Positions 44,148 through 54,206 of a DNA stretch of 64,000 nt are shown here, in pieces. A model generated the notes under the pieces. The model was given only the letters and a program-made list of their open reading frames with translations, had not been told where the DNA came from and made no database searches. The stretch is taken from positions 1-64,000 of the IMG/VR virus record IMGVR_UViG_3300042337_000070; one strand, written 5' to 3'. Every line of letters begins with the position of its first letter. Position 1 is the first letter of the stretch. The translations under genes were made by a program, and so were the position numbers. The DNA is from a virus.

Positions 44148-45729
44148 TCACTACCTCTTTAGGATTAGGACGGGCACTTTGCATACGATTCTTTCCCGTC
44201 TCAATAACTTCATAGTTGCCCTTAATACGATGTCCGCCACGGGCAACAGGGACGATTTCATTCACTTCATACTTGTGTGACTCTGAAAGTGGAACACCAG
44301 CTTCAACAAGAGCCTCATCCCTTGACACACCTGAGCGGCTACCAACTTTAGCAATGATAGCGGCATTCTCTAGATTCGTCAAGTCTTCCTTGAGGTCTGC
44401 AAGGATATAACGAACACGTGCCCAATCAGTGAATGTATAACGTGAACCACCTTCACCTGTTACAGACTCCTTAGAAGAATGCTTCTGGTCACCGTTATGC
44501 TTATTGAATGACCATTCATGAGCAGACTTCTTTTGCTTCTTAGAAGAGGGAGAAGTGAAGAAAGAGTAGGTACCCGTAGCATTCAGGCGAGCATGTTCTT
44601 TATCAAGGAACCACTTTGCAAATGCACTAGCATTCTTGATAGTATATTGACCATCAATACCAATAGGCTTACTCCAGTTATTACCCTTCTGTAGCAAGAA
44701 GGAGATAGTATAGAACATGTTGTATAGGGAAGAACGACTAAACTTTTTTAGCTTGCTCTCGCCGTAGGCAACGCAACCATCTGCCATAATACGAAGAATC
44801 TTTGCGGTTAGTTCCTTATCTTTAGAAGAGATAACGATATTCATCTGAGGATCAGGATACGAACCCATGAACGCATTAAGATCACGTTCATTATATCCTT
44901 CGTAGGTGTTGCAGTTGATATAGCGAAGCATTTCGGCAACGAACAGAGTATCACCCTTATGATCCAAACTATACTCTCCGGACATCTGCTTAACTTTTGA
45001 TAGAGTCCAACGAAGGTTCATATCATCACGGCAAAGATCGATGATCCATCGATTGATTGGATTGTAATTGAGAATACGGCGCTCATGATTGGTCATAGGC
45101 ATCATGTCATTAGACGTAATGAACACCTGTGCCAACTCACGAAGATCACCAGTCCGATAGGTTGTAACAACCACAGGAATATCACGAAGATATTCCTGTG
45201 CCTCTTCTGGCATCTTAGAGAAAAGACCCTTAACGTAAATGCTACCGGACTCTTCTGGGTTCTTTAGTTCGATAAGGGAGAGAGGCTTGAAGTTAATACG
45301 GTCTTCAAAGTACCGAGCAATCGTATCAATACGATGCTGACCGTCAAGGACAAGATACTTAAAACCCTGATTTGAAATGTTCTCAAAGTATTCGAGATTG
45401 TCCTTGATAAACTCGTAGTTTGGTTCGTTACGAGTCAAACGACTGCGGAGACTTTCAATGATAGGATCAATTTCTGCAATCTGAAATAGATCCTTACATG
45501 ATCCGCCATTGAAAAGAAACGTCAAATAGGACGCCTTCTTCCAATCAATCCATTCAATTAGAAGTCGCTGAAGCTTTTCCCGATCATAGAAAAACTCCTT
45601 ATTGTGGTGCATTGCATAGATTTCACCAACGGTGAAAGCACGAACATTAGACTCAATCTGTTGGGATACATTCTGTAGCACGGTATTTCTTCCTCTTCGG
45701 TTACAAGAAATGGGAAGGAAGCACTTCAC
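44140..45729 (-). CDS. DUF262/ParB-like protein with degenerate C-terminal HNH (GmrSD-like)
   Basis: LQR...W, VLDGQHR, F...N; C-terminal EVNEIVPVARGG...N......NR. Confidence 0.7.
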   Translation of the reverse strand: MKCFLPISCNRRGRNTVLQNVSQQIESNVRAFTVGEIYAMHHNKEFFYDREKLQRLLIEWIDWKKASYLTFLFNGGSCKDLFQIAEIDPIIESLRSRLTRNEPNYEFIKDNLEYFENISNQGFKYLVLDGQHRIDTIARYFEDRINFKPLSLIELKNPEESGSIYVKGLFSKMPEEAQEYLRDIPVVVTTYRTGDLRELAQVFITSNDMMPMTNHERRILNYNPINRWIIDLCRDDMNLRWTLSKVKQMSGEYSLDHKGDTLFVAEMLRYINCNTYEGYNERDLNAFMGSYPDPQMNIVISSKDKELTAKILRIMADGCVAYGESKLKKFSRSSLYNMFYTISFLLQKGNNWSKPIGIDGQYTIKNASAFAKWFLDKEHARLNATGTYSFFTSPSSKKQKKSAHEWSFNKHNGDQKHSSKESVTGEGGSRYTFTDWARVRYILADLKEDLTNLENAAIIAKVGSRSGVSRDEALVEAGVPLSESHKYEVNEIVPVARGGHRIKGNYEVIETGKNRMQSARPNPKEVVNG

Positions 45730-45762
45730 TTCCTTCCCACTGTCGAAATCGACAGTATGTAT

Positions 45763-45791
45763 ATACTACTATATTGACTTAGGAATGTCAA
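45763..45791 (-). promoter_or_regulatory. Sigma70 promoter of DUF262 gene
   Basis: TTGACA(TTCC)-N17-TAGTAT. Confidence 0.6.
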
Positions 45792-45794
45792 GCA

Positions 45795-46760
45795 TTATTT
45801 CACTTCACATTCGATCATAATCTCAGTGAGGCAAGCAACAAGATTCAATTCTTGATCGGCAACAAATGCCGACTGATACTGATACTTTGCCAGTGTAACA
45901 ACCGCAACAGGGATTGTCTCTGGTTTCAGATACTCATACAGGTTATCATAAACAGAACGATAGATGCGAGTAGGATCGATGTCAGAATTTAACACAACCC
46001 ATTTACGCATGGCAGTGAAGTCTTTATCTTTGATAGACTTGATTAGTTCATTGAGGCTGCGAACGCTATCAAGTTGAGAAACAAGACCAGAATCAATGCC
46101 TCCAGAAACAGAATACCGTTGTAACTCATTAAGAGTTCTGCGATAATCCGGAAAATACTTTTCAACGACCTTTGCGAGGACTTGCTTGTCATATTCCACA
46201 CCCTCTTTTGAAACGATCTGTTCCAGACGCTTGAACATTCTGCCAGCCATTTGAGGCTTCTCGTTGTTCTTGAGCGTAAAGTCCACAACAGAACAACGAG
46301 AATGAATAGCGTCTTTGATCTTCGCTTTGAAATTACAAGTGAAGATGAATGAACAGTTAGAAGAAAACTTTTCGATAACACCTCTTAAGGCATCTTGAGT
46401 GTCAGGTGTTAGACCGTCGGCCTCGTCTAGAATGATAACCTTACGTCCGCCAGTCAGAGATACAGTTGACGCATATCCAACGACCTTCGTTCTTAGAACA
46501 TCGATACCACGTTCCTCAGATGAATTGATAAAGAGGTAGTTACAACCAATCTCGTCACACATGGCCATGGCTGCGGTCGTCTTACCGCAGCCAGCAGGAC
46601 CTGACAATAGAAGATTTGGAATCTCACCATTGTTCACATACTCTTGAAACGCTTTCTTTATCCGATCGGGGAGAATACAGTCCTCAATCTTATGAGGTCT
46701 GTAGCGTTCGACCCAGAGGAAGTCTTCACTCATTGTCATCCTTTCCATAACGAATTGCAT
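45795..46760 (-). CDS. 44: Clamp loader large subunit (gp44)
   Basis: WVERYRP, GPAGCGKTT, DEAD, SRC, PDYR. Confidence 0.95.
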   Translation of the reverse strand: MQFVMERMTMSEDFLWVERYRPHKIEDCILPDRIKKAFQEYVNNGEIPNLLLSGPAGCGKTTAAMAMCDEIGCNYLFINSSEERGIDVLRTKVVGYASTVSLTGGRKVIILDEADGLTPDTQDALRGVIEKFSSNCSFIFTCNFKAKIKDAIHSRCSVVDFTLKNNEKPQMAGRMFKRLEQIVSKEGVEYDKQVLAKVVEKYFPDYRRTLNELQRYSVSGGIDSGLVSQLDSVRSLNELIKSIKDKDFTAMRKWVVLNSDIDPTRIYRSVYDNLYEYLKPETIPVAVVTLAKYQYQSAFVADQELNLVACLTEIMIECEVK

Positions 46761-46886
46761 TCATATACATTATAACAGACACTAGCAGGAAAAACAACCA
46801 GTGCATAATGTCGTCATGGTCTAATGACCAGAAAACGAGAGCAGCCATAAGATTGGCTGCCCCTACAATTTCAAATGCTAGTTCAA

Positions 46887-47183
46887 TCATGGTGCGGTCT
46901 TTCTTAGAACCTCATCATAGAAAGTTTCAAACTGATTGTTCTCTTCGACCTCATCATTGTAGTTTGCCTTGAAGTAAACCTTAGCGAGACGACGAATCAT
47001 TCGCTTATCCACACCCAACTTATCGAATGTCTCACCGATAATCTCTTTCTGTAAATCTCGCTCTGCACCAACACGAGTCATGGAGTCATTTAGTTCCATG
47101 ATTGCCTTACGAAGAACCTTTTTATCTTCTGGTGATAGAGCCTCGACAGAAGTGGTTGCGCTATTGTGACCGATCATACCCAT
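46887..47183 (-). CDS. DsbA-like double-stranded DNA-binding protein
   Basis: Helical pattern and position typical of T4 dsbA homologues. Confidence 0.6.
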   Translation of the reverse strand: MGMIGHNSATTSVEALSPEDKKVLRKAIMELNDSMTRVGAERDLQKEIIGETFDKLGVDKRMIRRLAKVYFKANYNDEVEENNQFETFYDEVLRKTAP

Positions 47184-47184
47184 T

Positions 47185-47478
47185 TCACTTTACTCCATCT
47201 TTTAGTTGAATGATTGCAGAAGGATTGATGCAAAGAAATCCATCACCATGTCCTTTCACATAGTCGAAAGGTTCGACAGCATATCCACCAGCATCAATGC
47301 ACGATTCTTTGAATGCTTTACGATGGGCCATCCATTCGTTTGAATCTGTGATAGCCCAGTAAAGAAACACTATCACAAAAAGTATAGTGCTGACAATGTA
47401 AGCGGCAAATGAGACTTCCGCCCACAGAATGTTTCCCTCATAATCTCTAAACATCACTTCGACTCCAAAGCGATCCAA
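47185..47478 (-). CDS. Hypothetical membrane protein
   Basis: One TM segment. Confidence 0.55.
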   Translation of the reverse strand: MDRFGVEVMFRDYEGNILWAEVSFAAYIVSTILFVIVFLYWAITDSNEWMAHRKAFKESCIDAGGYAVEPFDYVKGHGDGFLCINPSAIIQLKDGVK

Positions 47479-48107
47479 TACTTTAGATTACCTGATGTGT
47501 TTTCAAACTTGGCAAATGCACCCGCCTGAACCTCTACGGTATAATCATCAGGAAGAAGCTTGAGATTATCAGTCTTAAACGTGGCAGTGAAGTCCTTGCC
47601 AGCATAATCACCGATCTTCTGCACACCGTCATTAGACGTATCATTAGACTTCTCATGAATCTTAAGAAGCAACTCGCCGTCCTTGCCAATGACAGATAGA
47701 TTTGGTAGGTTAATCATTGATGCGACCTTGATTAGCTTTGCTGAGGTTGCATTAGGTAGAGAGAAACTTGTGGTGATATCCTTGAGAACAAGTTCCTTAT
47801 CTGGAGGGGTGATGATAAGGTTTGGTGAACATGCACGATAACTAATGACGAGTTCGCCGTCATTTAGTGTTACGGTCTCGCCATTGAATGAGATTTCTGG
47901 GTTCTTTAGAGTCGTCAGAATACCTAGAAACTGATTCAGATCATAGATGCCGAACTGAGTTGGAATATCGTCACCCAGAGTTGCTTCGACCAGAATGGAC
48001 TTTTCAGGAGAAATAGTTCGCTGTATTCTTCCTTTATTGAGGACTGCGCCGCTGTTGATAGAGGCAAAATTCTTAAGTACCGATAGAGTTTTTTCACTAA
48101 GTTGCAT
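47454..48107 (-). CDS. 45: Sliding clamp (gp45)
   Basis: LKNFASIN, FGIYDLNQFL, YWIALE; promoter TTGACT-N17-TATAAT at 48162-48134. Confidence 0.95.
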   Translation of the reverse strand: MQLSEKTLSVLKNFASINSGAVLNKGRIQRTISPEKSILVEATLGDDIPTQFGIYDLNQFLGILTTLKNPEISFNGETVTLNDGELVISYRACSPNLIITPPDKELVLKDITTSFSLPNATSAKLIKVASMINLPNLSVIGKDGELLLKIHEKSNDTSNDGVQKIGDYAGKDFTATFKTDNLKLLPDDYTVEVQAGAFAKFENTSGNLKYWIALESK

Positions 48108-48120
48108 CCTATACTCCTTT

Positions 48121-48711
48121 TCAAGATTGTTTCATTATATGCGATTTATGTTCGACAGTCAAGAATATTTCGACTGACTTCTTTAGGTCCTCAATTGTTC
48201 CTTCGTTATGAATGATGAAGTCAACTGGCTCTTTCCTCCATGCAGTTTCCGACACATGCATCTTAGAAAGTTCTTCCTCAGTGGGTGAAGGGTCTCGACG
48301 CACCCAAACTATCTTACCGCCGACACTCCGGATAAACTCGATCTCATTCGGGAATCTACAATCAGAGATAACAACATCTTCATATCCCATCATGCGTTTC
48401 TCTAATGCAGCAATCCAGATGTTATCTGCGATGCCATGGCGACATGCCTCTGTTCCCATACGCTGTAGAATAAGACGAGGGGTTACCTCGTATCCCATCT
48501 TATTTGACCACCAAGGATCAACCTTCTCACGAAAGGTCCTTGAGGCATTCGAGTCACCTTCTAGAAGACCCCGAGGCCACATAAAGATTGTGGCAACGGC
48601 ATCTTTCAAAGCATCGGCAAATGCAAACTTGTGATACTGATGTTCCCTTACGAGAACATCAGCCACGGTGCTTTTGCCGGACCCAATGTATCCGACAATC
48701 CCAATAATCAT
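48121..48711 (-). CDS. Deoxynucleoside monophosphate kinase (gp1-like)
   Basis: GYIGSGKST, FADALKD, R..LQ..GTE, DCRFPNE, HVSE. Confidence 0.9.
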   Translation of the reverse strand: MIIGIVGYIGSGKSTVADVLVREHQYHKFAFADALKDAVATIFMWPRGLLEGDSNASRTFREKVDPWWSNKMGYEVTPRLILQRMGTEACRHGIADNIWIAALEKRMMGYEDVVISDCRFPNEIEFIRSVGGKIVWVRRDPSPTEEELSKMHVSETAWRKEPVDFIIHNEGTIEDLKKSVEIFLTVEHKSHIMKQS

Positions 48712-49571
48712 CTTAAGTTTCCTGACAAACTTGCAACTGCGGGGAGGTCTCCTTGGAACCCGTAGGTTCCAACGTGAGTGGTTTTCATCCAAGGACACAA
48801 CCAAACCTTAAGTCCAATTGCTCGTGCATTCTGACAGAACATATAATCTTCTGACAGATAACGATGTGACTGTGGGTCGATCACGGTATCAAAGTAAGCA
48901 TGAATGTATCGTGAACCATCAAAGTTTGCCTGACCAACATGGTCTGGCTTATAATGAAGGTGTGGAAACTCTTCGGCATACTTATCAAACACTTCACGCT
49001 TGACCATCATGAAACCTGTGCCGATTTCCATAACCTCTACAGGTTCGCTGATCTTGAATGATGTTGTGCCTGGGACTGGGTTGAATACAAAGTCACCTGT
49101 TACTCCATCTAGTTCACCAGGATTAAAACCTTCCTTCAACTTGATACCTTCATTTGTCTTGATGGAGTTACGAGTAACTGCGTTACAGATGTTGCTCCAG
49201 TTAATAGACTTCTTTGGATATGGTCCACCAGCAATGTCAAGATCAAGAGCTAGGAGAGCAAGGATGTCCTGAGGGTTGTATTGAATGTCTGAGTCAATGA
49301 ATAGAAGATGTGTGCATCCCGAACGAAGAAACTCATCAACAAGGTAGTTTCTAGCACGGGTGATTAGAGATTCATTAAAGATAAATGAGAAGCGGCATTC
49401 GATACCATACTGAATACAGGTTGCCTGTAGATCGAGGCAAGCCTTTGCATAAAGGCCGAAGCACTGTCCACCGTAACATGGTGTAGCGACAAAGATTTTC
49501 TTTTGTCTCAATTCATCACTTGAAATTTTTATTTCCATATTGTTCTCCATAAGCGAATAGCGCAGGGACAA
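48708..49571 (-). CDS. GT-A-fold glycosyltransferase-like protein
   Basis: VATPCYGG, ESLITRARN, FIDSD, GTGFM, LSEDY.FC. Confidence 0.75.
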   Translation of the reverse strand: MSLRYSLMENNMEIKISSDELRQKKIFVATPCYGGQCFGLYAKACLDLQATCIQYGIECRFSFIFNESLITRARNYLVDEFLRSGCTHLLFIDSDIQYNPQDILALLALDLDIAGGPYPKKSINWSNICNAVTRNSIKTNEGIKLKEGFNPGELDGVTGDFVFNPVPGTTSFKISEPVEVMEIGTGFMMVKREVFDKYAEEFPHLHYKPDHVGQANFDGSRYIHAYFDTVIDPQSHRYLSEDYMFCQNARAIGLKVWLCPWMKTTHVGTYGFQGDLPAVASLSGNLR

Positions 49572-49608
49572 AAGTCCCCACGCTATTATATAGTAAAGTT
49601 TTTAGAAA

Positions 49609-49850
49609 TTATCCGTCAGCAAGGCGATAGAATGCGGTGCGCTTACCCTTTACATTGCGATAATTAGTGTAGATCGTATAACCCCACTCACGAAGGTCGT
49701 AAACTCGCTTTGCAACATTATCACGAGGAACACGGGCCATCGAAGCAATCTTGTCGGCGGTAACGCCGGCGCCAGTGTTATAACGGGCGAGAACAGTTTC
49801 AATCTTCTCAATCTGAGACTTGCGAGGTGTAGCCATTATATAATTCTCCA
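49609..49850 (-). CDS. Small winged-HTH DNA-binding protein
   Basis: TADKIA...VAKRVYDLR..G. Confidence 0.65.
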
Positions 49851-50035
49851 TTCGTGTTTTATTGATGCTGCTGGTCGTGAAAGGAAAGGCCCGTGTATAA
49901 CCAGCAGCATCAAAGTTATTATACACGGGTATTCATTTAGACTTTGGACCAATCGATTAGAGGAAAGATTGGATACCCAAACTTATCGAGTATCCAATCT
50001 TCACCGTTGATCCTTTTGACTGTATAATCTTTATT

Positions 50036-51313
50036 TCAGAAAGCGATCTCTTCTCCAACAACCTTCTGCTCTTCGGTAGCAGGAGCGACAGTCGGATCGA
50101 TTGTTTCGTCAACCTTCTTATACAGTTCCATAAAAGCGTTCTTAGTATCGATATCAAAGCGATTCAGACACAGCTCAATCGACTTGGCACGATTCTGATT
50201 GAAAATGGCATATGCCTCGCAGATATGAACCAGACGACGAGTGGAGATGATTTCGGACAAAGCACCTTCATAAAAGGACTTGCGAATAACATCAGCCCAG
50301 GTCACCAGCTTATCAACAAAGTCACCAGCATCAATACCAGAAGCACCGAGAACATTCTTTAGAATCTTAGTCTCGGTCTTGACCGGCGGATACTCCTGCT
50401 CCATTGTAATAGAGAAACGCTCCAGAAAGGCTTCGTTCATAACATTGGTGCCGATGAAGCGACCGTCGTCAGAACCCTTACCCTTAGTGTTAGCGGTCGC
50501 AATGACATTGAAACCAGACTCAGGAGTAACCAGTCGATTGATCTTTTTGAGAAACACCGACTTGCCCTCAAGGACAGGCTGCAAACACATCAGCTTGTTA
50601 GAACCGAGGTCAACCTCGTCAAGCAGAAGAATTGCACCACGCTGCATAGCGATAATAACAGGACCGTCCTGCCAGACAGTATGACCATCAACAAGGCGGA
50701 AACCACCGATCAAATCGTCTTCGTCAGTCTCAATAGTAACATTGACACGAACACACTCACGCTTTTCCGCAGCGCAAACCTGTTCAATCATCATCGTCTT
50801 ACCGTTACCAGAAAGACCAGTGATATAAGCCGGATAAAACTTCTTGGACTTGATAATAGCACGAACGTCGGCAAAGTTACCGAACGGAACGTAGCCAGAA
50901 GCCTTAGAAGGAACCAGCGACACTTCACTTGAAGTAGAAGTGGAAGGAGCAGACATAGCAACGGTCGGAGCCATAGCCACTACGCTATCGACAACAGGAA
51001 TATCCGACTGAATATTCGCAGGAGCGACCTTATTGGTAGCAGTCTTCTTAGGAGCCTTGACCTTAGTGACAGCGGGTGCCATAGCAACATTAACGGCAGC
51101 ACCATGCTCGGGAATAGCATACAGACCACGACCCACACGGCGGGAAGCGTCGTTCAAGAACCAGTGAGGCCAGGACAAATTATATTTTTCGACAACACTC
51201 TTGATTTGGGCACGGGACACTTCACGGACAGCACCAAATTCAAAACGCACCTTGTCAAGGAACTCGGTGCGGTTAACGGAAGAAGACTTAGCCATACGAT
51301 GTTTTCCTTTCAC
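50036..51313 (-). CDS. CobS/MoxR-like AAA+ ATPase
   Basis: GLSGNGKT, DEDDLIGG, LLDEVD, ATANTKG, AFLERF. Confidence 0.9.
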   Translation of the reverse strand: MKGKHRMAKSSSVNRTEFLDKVRFEFGAVREVSRAQIKSVVEKYNLSWPHWFLNDASRRVGRGLYAIPEHGAAVNVAMAPAVTKVKAPKKTATNKVAPANIQSDIPVVDSVVAMAPTVAMSAPSTSTSSEVSLVPSKASGYVPFGNFADVRAIIKSKKFYPAYITGLSGNGKTMMIEQVCAAEKRECVRVNVTIETDEDDLIGGFRLVDGHTVWQDGPVIIAMQRGAILLLDEVDLGSNKLMCLQPVLEGKSVFLKKINRLVTPESGFNVIATANTKGKGSDDGRFIGTNVMNEAFLERFSITMEQEYPPVKTETKILKNVLGASGIDAGDFVDKLVTWADVIRKSFYEGALSEIISTRRLVHICEAYAIFNQNRAKSIELCLNRFDIDTKNAFMELYKKVDETIDPTVAPATEEQKVVGEEIAF

Positions 51314-51331
51314 GATTTCAAATTATGACAT

Positions 51332-51360
51332 ATTATAGCAGAGGAAACGGGGGTTGTCAA
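51332..51360 (-). promoter_or_regulatory. Consensus sigma70 promoter (-35 lies in a hairpin loop)
   Basis: TTGACA-N17-TATAAT; ACGGGGG/CCCCCGT flanks the -35. Confidence 0.8.
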
Positions 51361-51384
51361 GACCCCCGTAACCTATTGTTTTTT

Positions 51385-53616
51385 CTACGCTACCTTCTTT
51401 GCTTTCCCAGTGACGTGGTCAATGAAATTGCGAAGAAGGACACGGTTGACAGCCTTTCTAGCGGCGAACTTGGAGAACGCTTTGGCCATATGCTTGGTAG
51501 ACTTGTTGGTATCGATTTCCAGATTATTATCTTCGAATCTAAGAGCCCTAGAATCGATCACATAATAATCATCGTATCCTTCACTCTTGACAGGATAGAA
51601 CTTGTTCTCCTTCCAGAACTTGGAGACCTTCTGGAGATAATCATAGTTGCCTTCAACACCAAAACGACGGGTGAAAGTTCCCCAAGATTCAGCGAAAAGA
51701 AAGAAACCGATTAGATTACAGTTCGTCTTCTCCTTGAGCAAACGAAGATACTGGACAGTGTTGGTAGCACGATTAGACGGACCCCAACCACGAGGATCGA
51801 TCTCATAAGTTTTACCAGTCTCCTTGTCATTGTAATAAAACTGCTTTTTACGAAGCGAATTTTTCGTCGTATCATGCACAAGACCAGAACAAACATTCGA
51901 CTCACCGTCAGTGAGAATAATGGTATTGACAACCTCCAGCTTATACTTTGCACGGAAATCATTGATGATCTTAGGTGCAACATAAATTGCCTCATTCAAA
52001 GGCGTGCCAGAGAGACCTTCACAGTTGAGACGATGACCATTACCCATAGCCCAGAGAAAAGCCATAGCGTCATTCAATTCAGTAAGATTCATCTTAGATG
52101 AAAGGAACTGACGCATAGTGAGATAACCAAATGCCATGCTATTTTCGACACTGCTGTGATCCCACGGAGACTTAGGATCATAATCATCGTCGGAATCCTT
52201 GAACGCATACACTTCAAACGGCACTTGAATCTGCTTGCAGAAGAGAACCAGAGTAAAGAGCTGCGACATGGTGTGTCGAAGATTATAGTCCATTGATCCT
52301 GACCAATCAAGAAACATGACAAAGCCATGGTTCTTACCCTCAGGGATAACAGACAGACGACGGAAGATATCATCGCTGTGCTTATAAGCATGGAGTTTGT
52401 TGGTATCGATCATACCAGTCTTAGCAGTTTGAATGCGAGAATAAATCTCGGCACTCTTACGCTGCTCAAACTCCTTGACGAGGAAAGAGATAGTCTCCTT
52501 TTCTTTCTGACGCCATTCGGTAAACTCACGACGGGCGTTTTCGAAAACCTCAACAGTCAGGCTGCGACTATAACGAGGATTAACATTCGTTATTTCTTTA
52601 CGCCAGTCATTCAGGACTCTTTTATAATCATGGACATGCTTGGCATAATTGAACTGAGGCATATTGACATAAACATAATCAACATTGGCATTCTGCACCA
52701 GTTCTTCACGCTTTTCTTCCCAAGCACGATCGGTCTGTGACTCGGGAACATTGTCCGTTACCTTACCCTGGGCACCAGCGCCAGAGCCAGACGAATTACC
52801 ATTTGAACCAAGATCACCCTGACCACGGGTTACACCACCCTCCGAATCGTCGTCGTTACCCTCGCCTTCACCCTCATCGGAGTCGGACTTGGAACCTTCA
52901 TTAGAATCGAAATCATCGGCAGAGTCGCCATCGCTATCCCAATCAAAACCATCATCACCTTCACCCTCCTCAGAATCACCGACACCAATATCGATATGCA
53001 TATCATTTTCAATCTGAGACTTGCAGAAACGATAAATCTGTTCGACAACATCGACAGTTTCATCGAACTTTTCAAGATTCTCAACCTTTTTGAGAAAGGA
53101 CCGCTCTTCGGGAGTAAACTCAATAGATAGATTGACATTACCGCCCTTGAAATAGATATTCAAGCGGTCGATGAAATTCATCGAATTGATATCACGACCC
53201 TTCGTGCCGAAAAAGTCACGTTCAATCAATTCCTGATAACCAAGAAGATAGTTTTTACGAAGACCAGGATAACGGCGCTTCTGGCGCTTATCGATACGGG
53301 CATCTTCGATAACATTCAAAAAGCCAGCGACGGTTCGCATAAGACGAGAATCAACATCGTCACCAAAGATACGCTTCGCAATACCCTGATAAGCAGTCTT
53401 ATACTCTTCGGCAGAAGGAGTATCGATAGCATGACCAGTCTCATGACCGATAAGCAAATGCTCCAGATCAGTAGAGATGTTCTGCCATACGGGAAGCATG
53501 AGAACACGATTCTTTAGGTCGAACATAGCGGTCTTGATACCAGACTGGTGCTGAACCGTAATGTTTTCAGTAGCAAGCAGTTTAGCAAGCAGAGAATTAG
53601 AGTTTACCGTTTGCAT
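51385..53616 (-). CDS. CobT-like metallopeptidase plus vWA protein
   Basis: HETGH, NVIEDARI, acidic linker, DWSGS, TPL, LTDGE; TAG stop. Confidence 0.88.
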   Translation of the reverse strand: MQTVNSNSLLAKLLATENITVQHQSGIKTAMFDLKNRVLMLPVWQNISTDLEHLLIGHETGHAIDTPSAEEYKTAYQGIAKRIFGDDVDSRLMRTVAGFLNVIEDARIDKRQKRRYPGLRKNYLLGYQELIERDFFGTKGRDINSMNFIDRLNIYFKGGNVNLSIEFTPEERSFLKKVENLEKFDETVDVVEQIYRFCKSQIENDMHIDIGVGDSEEGEGDDGFDWDSDGDSADDFDSNEGSKSDSDEGEGEGNDDDSEGGVTRGQGDLGSNGNSSGSGAGAQGKVTDNVPESQTDRAWEEKREELVQNANVDYVYVNMPQFNYAKHVHDYKRVLNDWRKEITNVNPRYSRSLTVEVFENARREFTEWRQKEKETISFLVKEFEQRKSAEIYSRIQTAKTGMIDTNKLHAYKHSDDIFRRLSVIPEGKNHGFVMFLDWSGSMDYNLRHTMSQLFTLVLFCKQIQVPFEVYAFKDSDDDYDPKSPWDHSSVENSMAFGYLTMRQFLSSKMNLTELNDAMAFLWAMGNGHRLNCEGLSGTPLNEAIYVAPKIINDFRAKYKLEVVNTIILTDGESNVCSGLVHDTTKNSLRKKQFYYNDKETGKTYEIDPRGWGPSNRATNTVQYLRLLKEKTNCNLIGFFLFAESWGTFTRRFGVEGNYDYLQKVSKFWKENKFYPVKSEGYDDYYVIDSRALRFEDNNLEIDTNKSTKHMAKAFSKFAARKAVNRVLLRNFIDHVTGKAKKVA

Positions 53617-53647
53617 ATGTTTACCTTTGTTTCACGAGTATGTAAAG

Positions 53648-53706
53648 ATTATAAGGGAAAGATTTAGGAATTGCAAGCAAAAAAAGAGGGGTAGTTAACC
53701 CCTCTT
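53648..53706 (-). promoter_or_regulatory. Terminator followed by sigma70 promoter
   Basis: AAGAGGGG/CCCCTCTT plus T-run; TTGCAA-N17-TATAAT. Confidence 0.75.
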
Positions 53707-53718
53707 GAAATCAAGAAG

Positions 53719-53961
53719 TTACTGTTTAGTAGCAAGGAGAGACTTGTTCTTTTCAAGAAAAGACTTAATCTTTTCCGCTTCCGAGAGAATCTGTTCCCAC
53801 TGGGAACCATAAAGAGTCACAGGAAAGCGACCCATACCATAGAGAGATACAGCACCCTTCTGGGAGACCTTAAGAGTAAGAGGCTTCTTGGACTTGGCCT
53901 TAGTGACTTCGGCCTCAAGCTCAGCAATACGGGCGAGGAGGGCAGCATTCGTATCCGACAT
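53719..53961 (-). CDS. Conserved small hypothetical protein
   Basis: KVSQKGAVSLYGMGRFPVTLY motif; strong RBS. Confidence 0.75.
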   Translation of the reverse strand: MSDTNAALLARIAELEAEVTKAKSKKPLTLKVSQKGAVSLYGMGRFPVTLYGSQWEQILSEAEKIKSFLEKNKSLLATKQ

Positions 53962-54206
53962 TTGAGTTCCTTTCGTTTCAGCGACTATGGAAAGAGTATA
54001 GCGCAGGTGGAACGAAATGTCTTTGACTTAAATCAAATCCTTGTCGTTTTTTGGTGCGACAACATGTCGCAGCCTGAGATCCTTAGTAGTCCAATAGTAT
54101 AGTGAAGCAAGTGTCCAGACTACACTGAAAACCGCAAGAGAAATCCAAGTAGCCTCAAACATATAATAATAGTCCCAAAGTTTATTGAAATTGAAATACT
54201 GCACTT

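Noticed and set aside
50036-53616. Cobalamin biosynthesis (cobS/cobT) as auxiliary metabolism
   Set aside because: This AAA+/vWA pair is common in T4-like phages; no cobN or other cob genes are present
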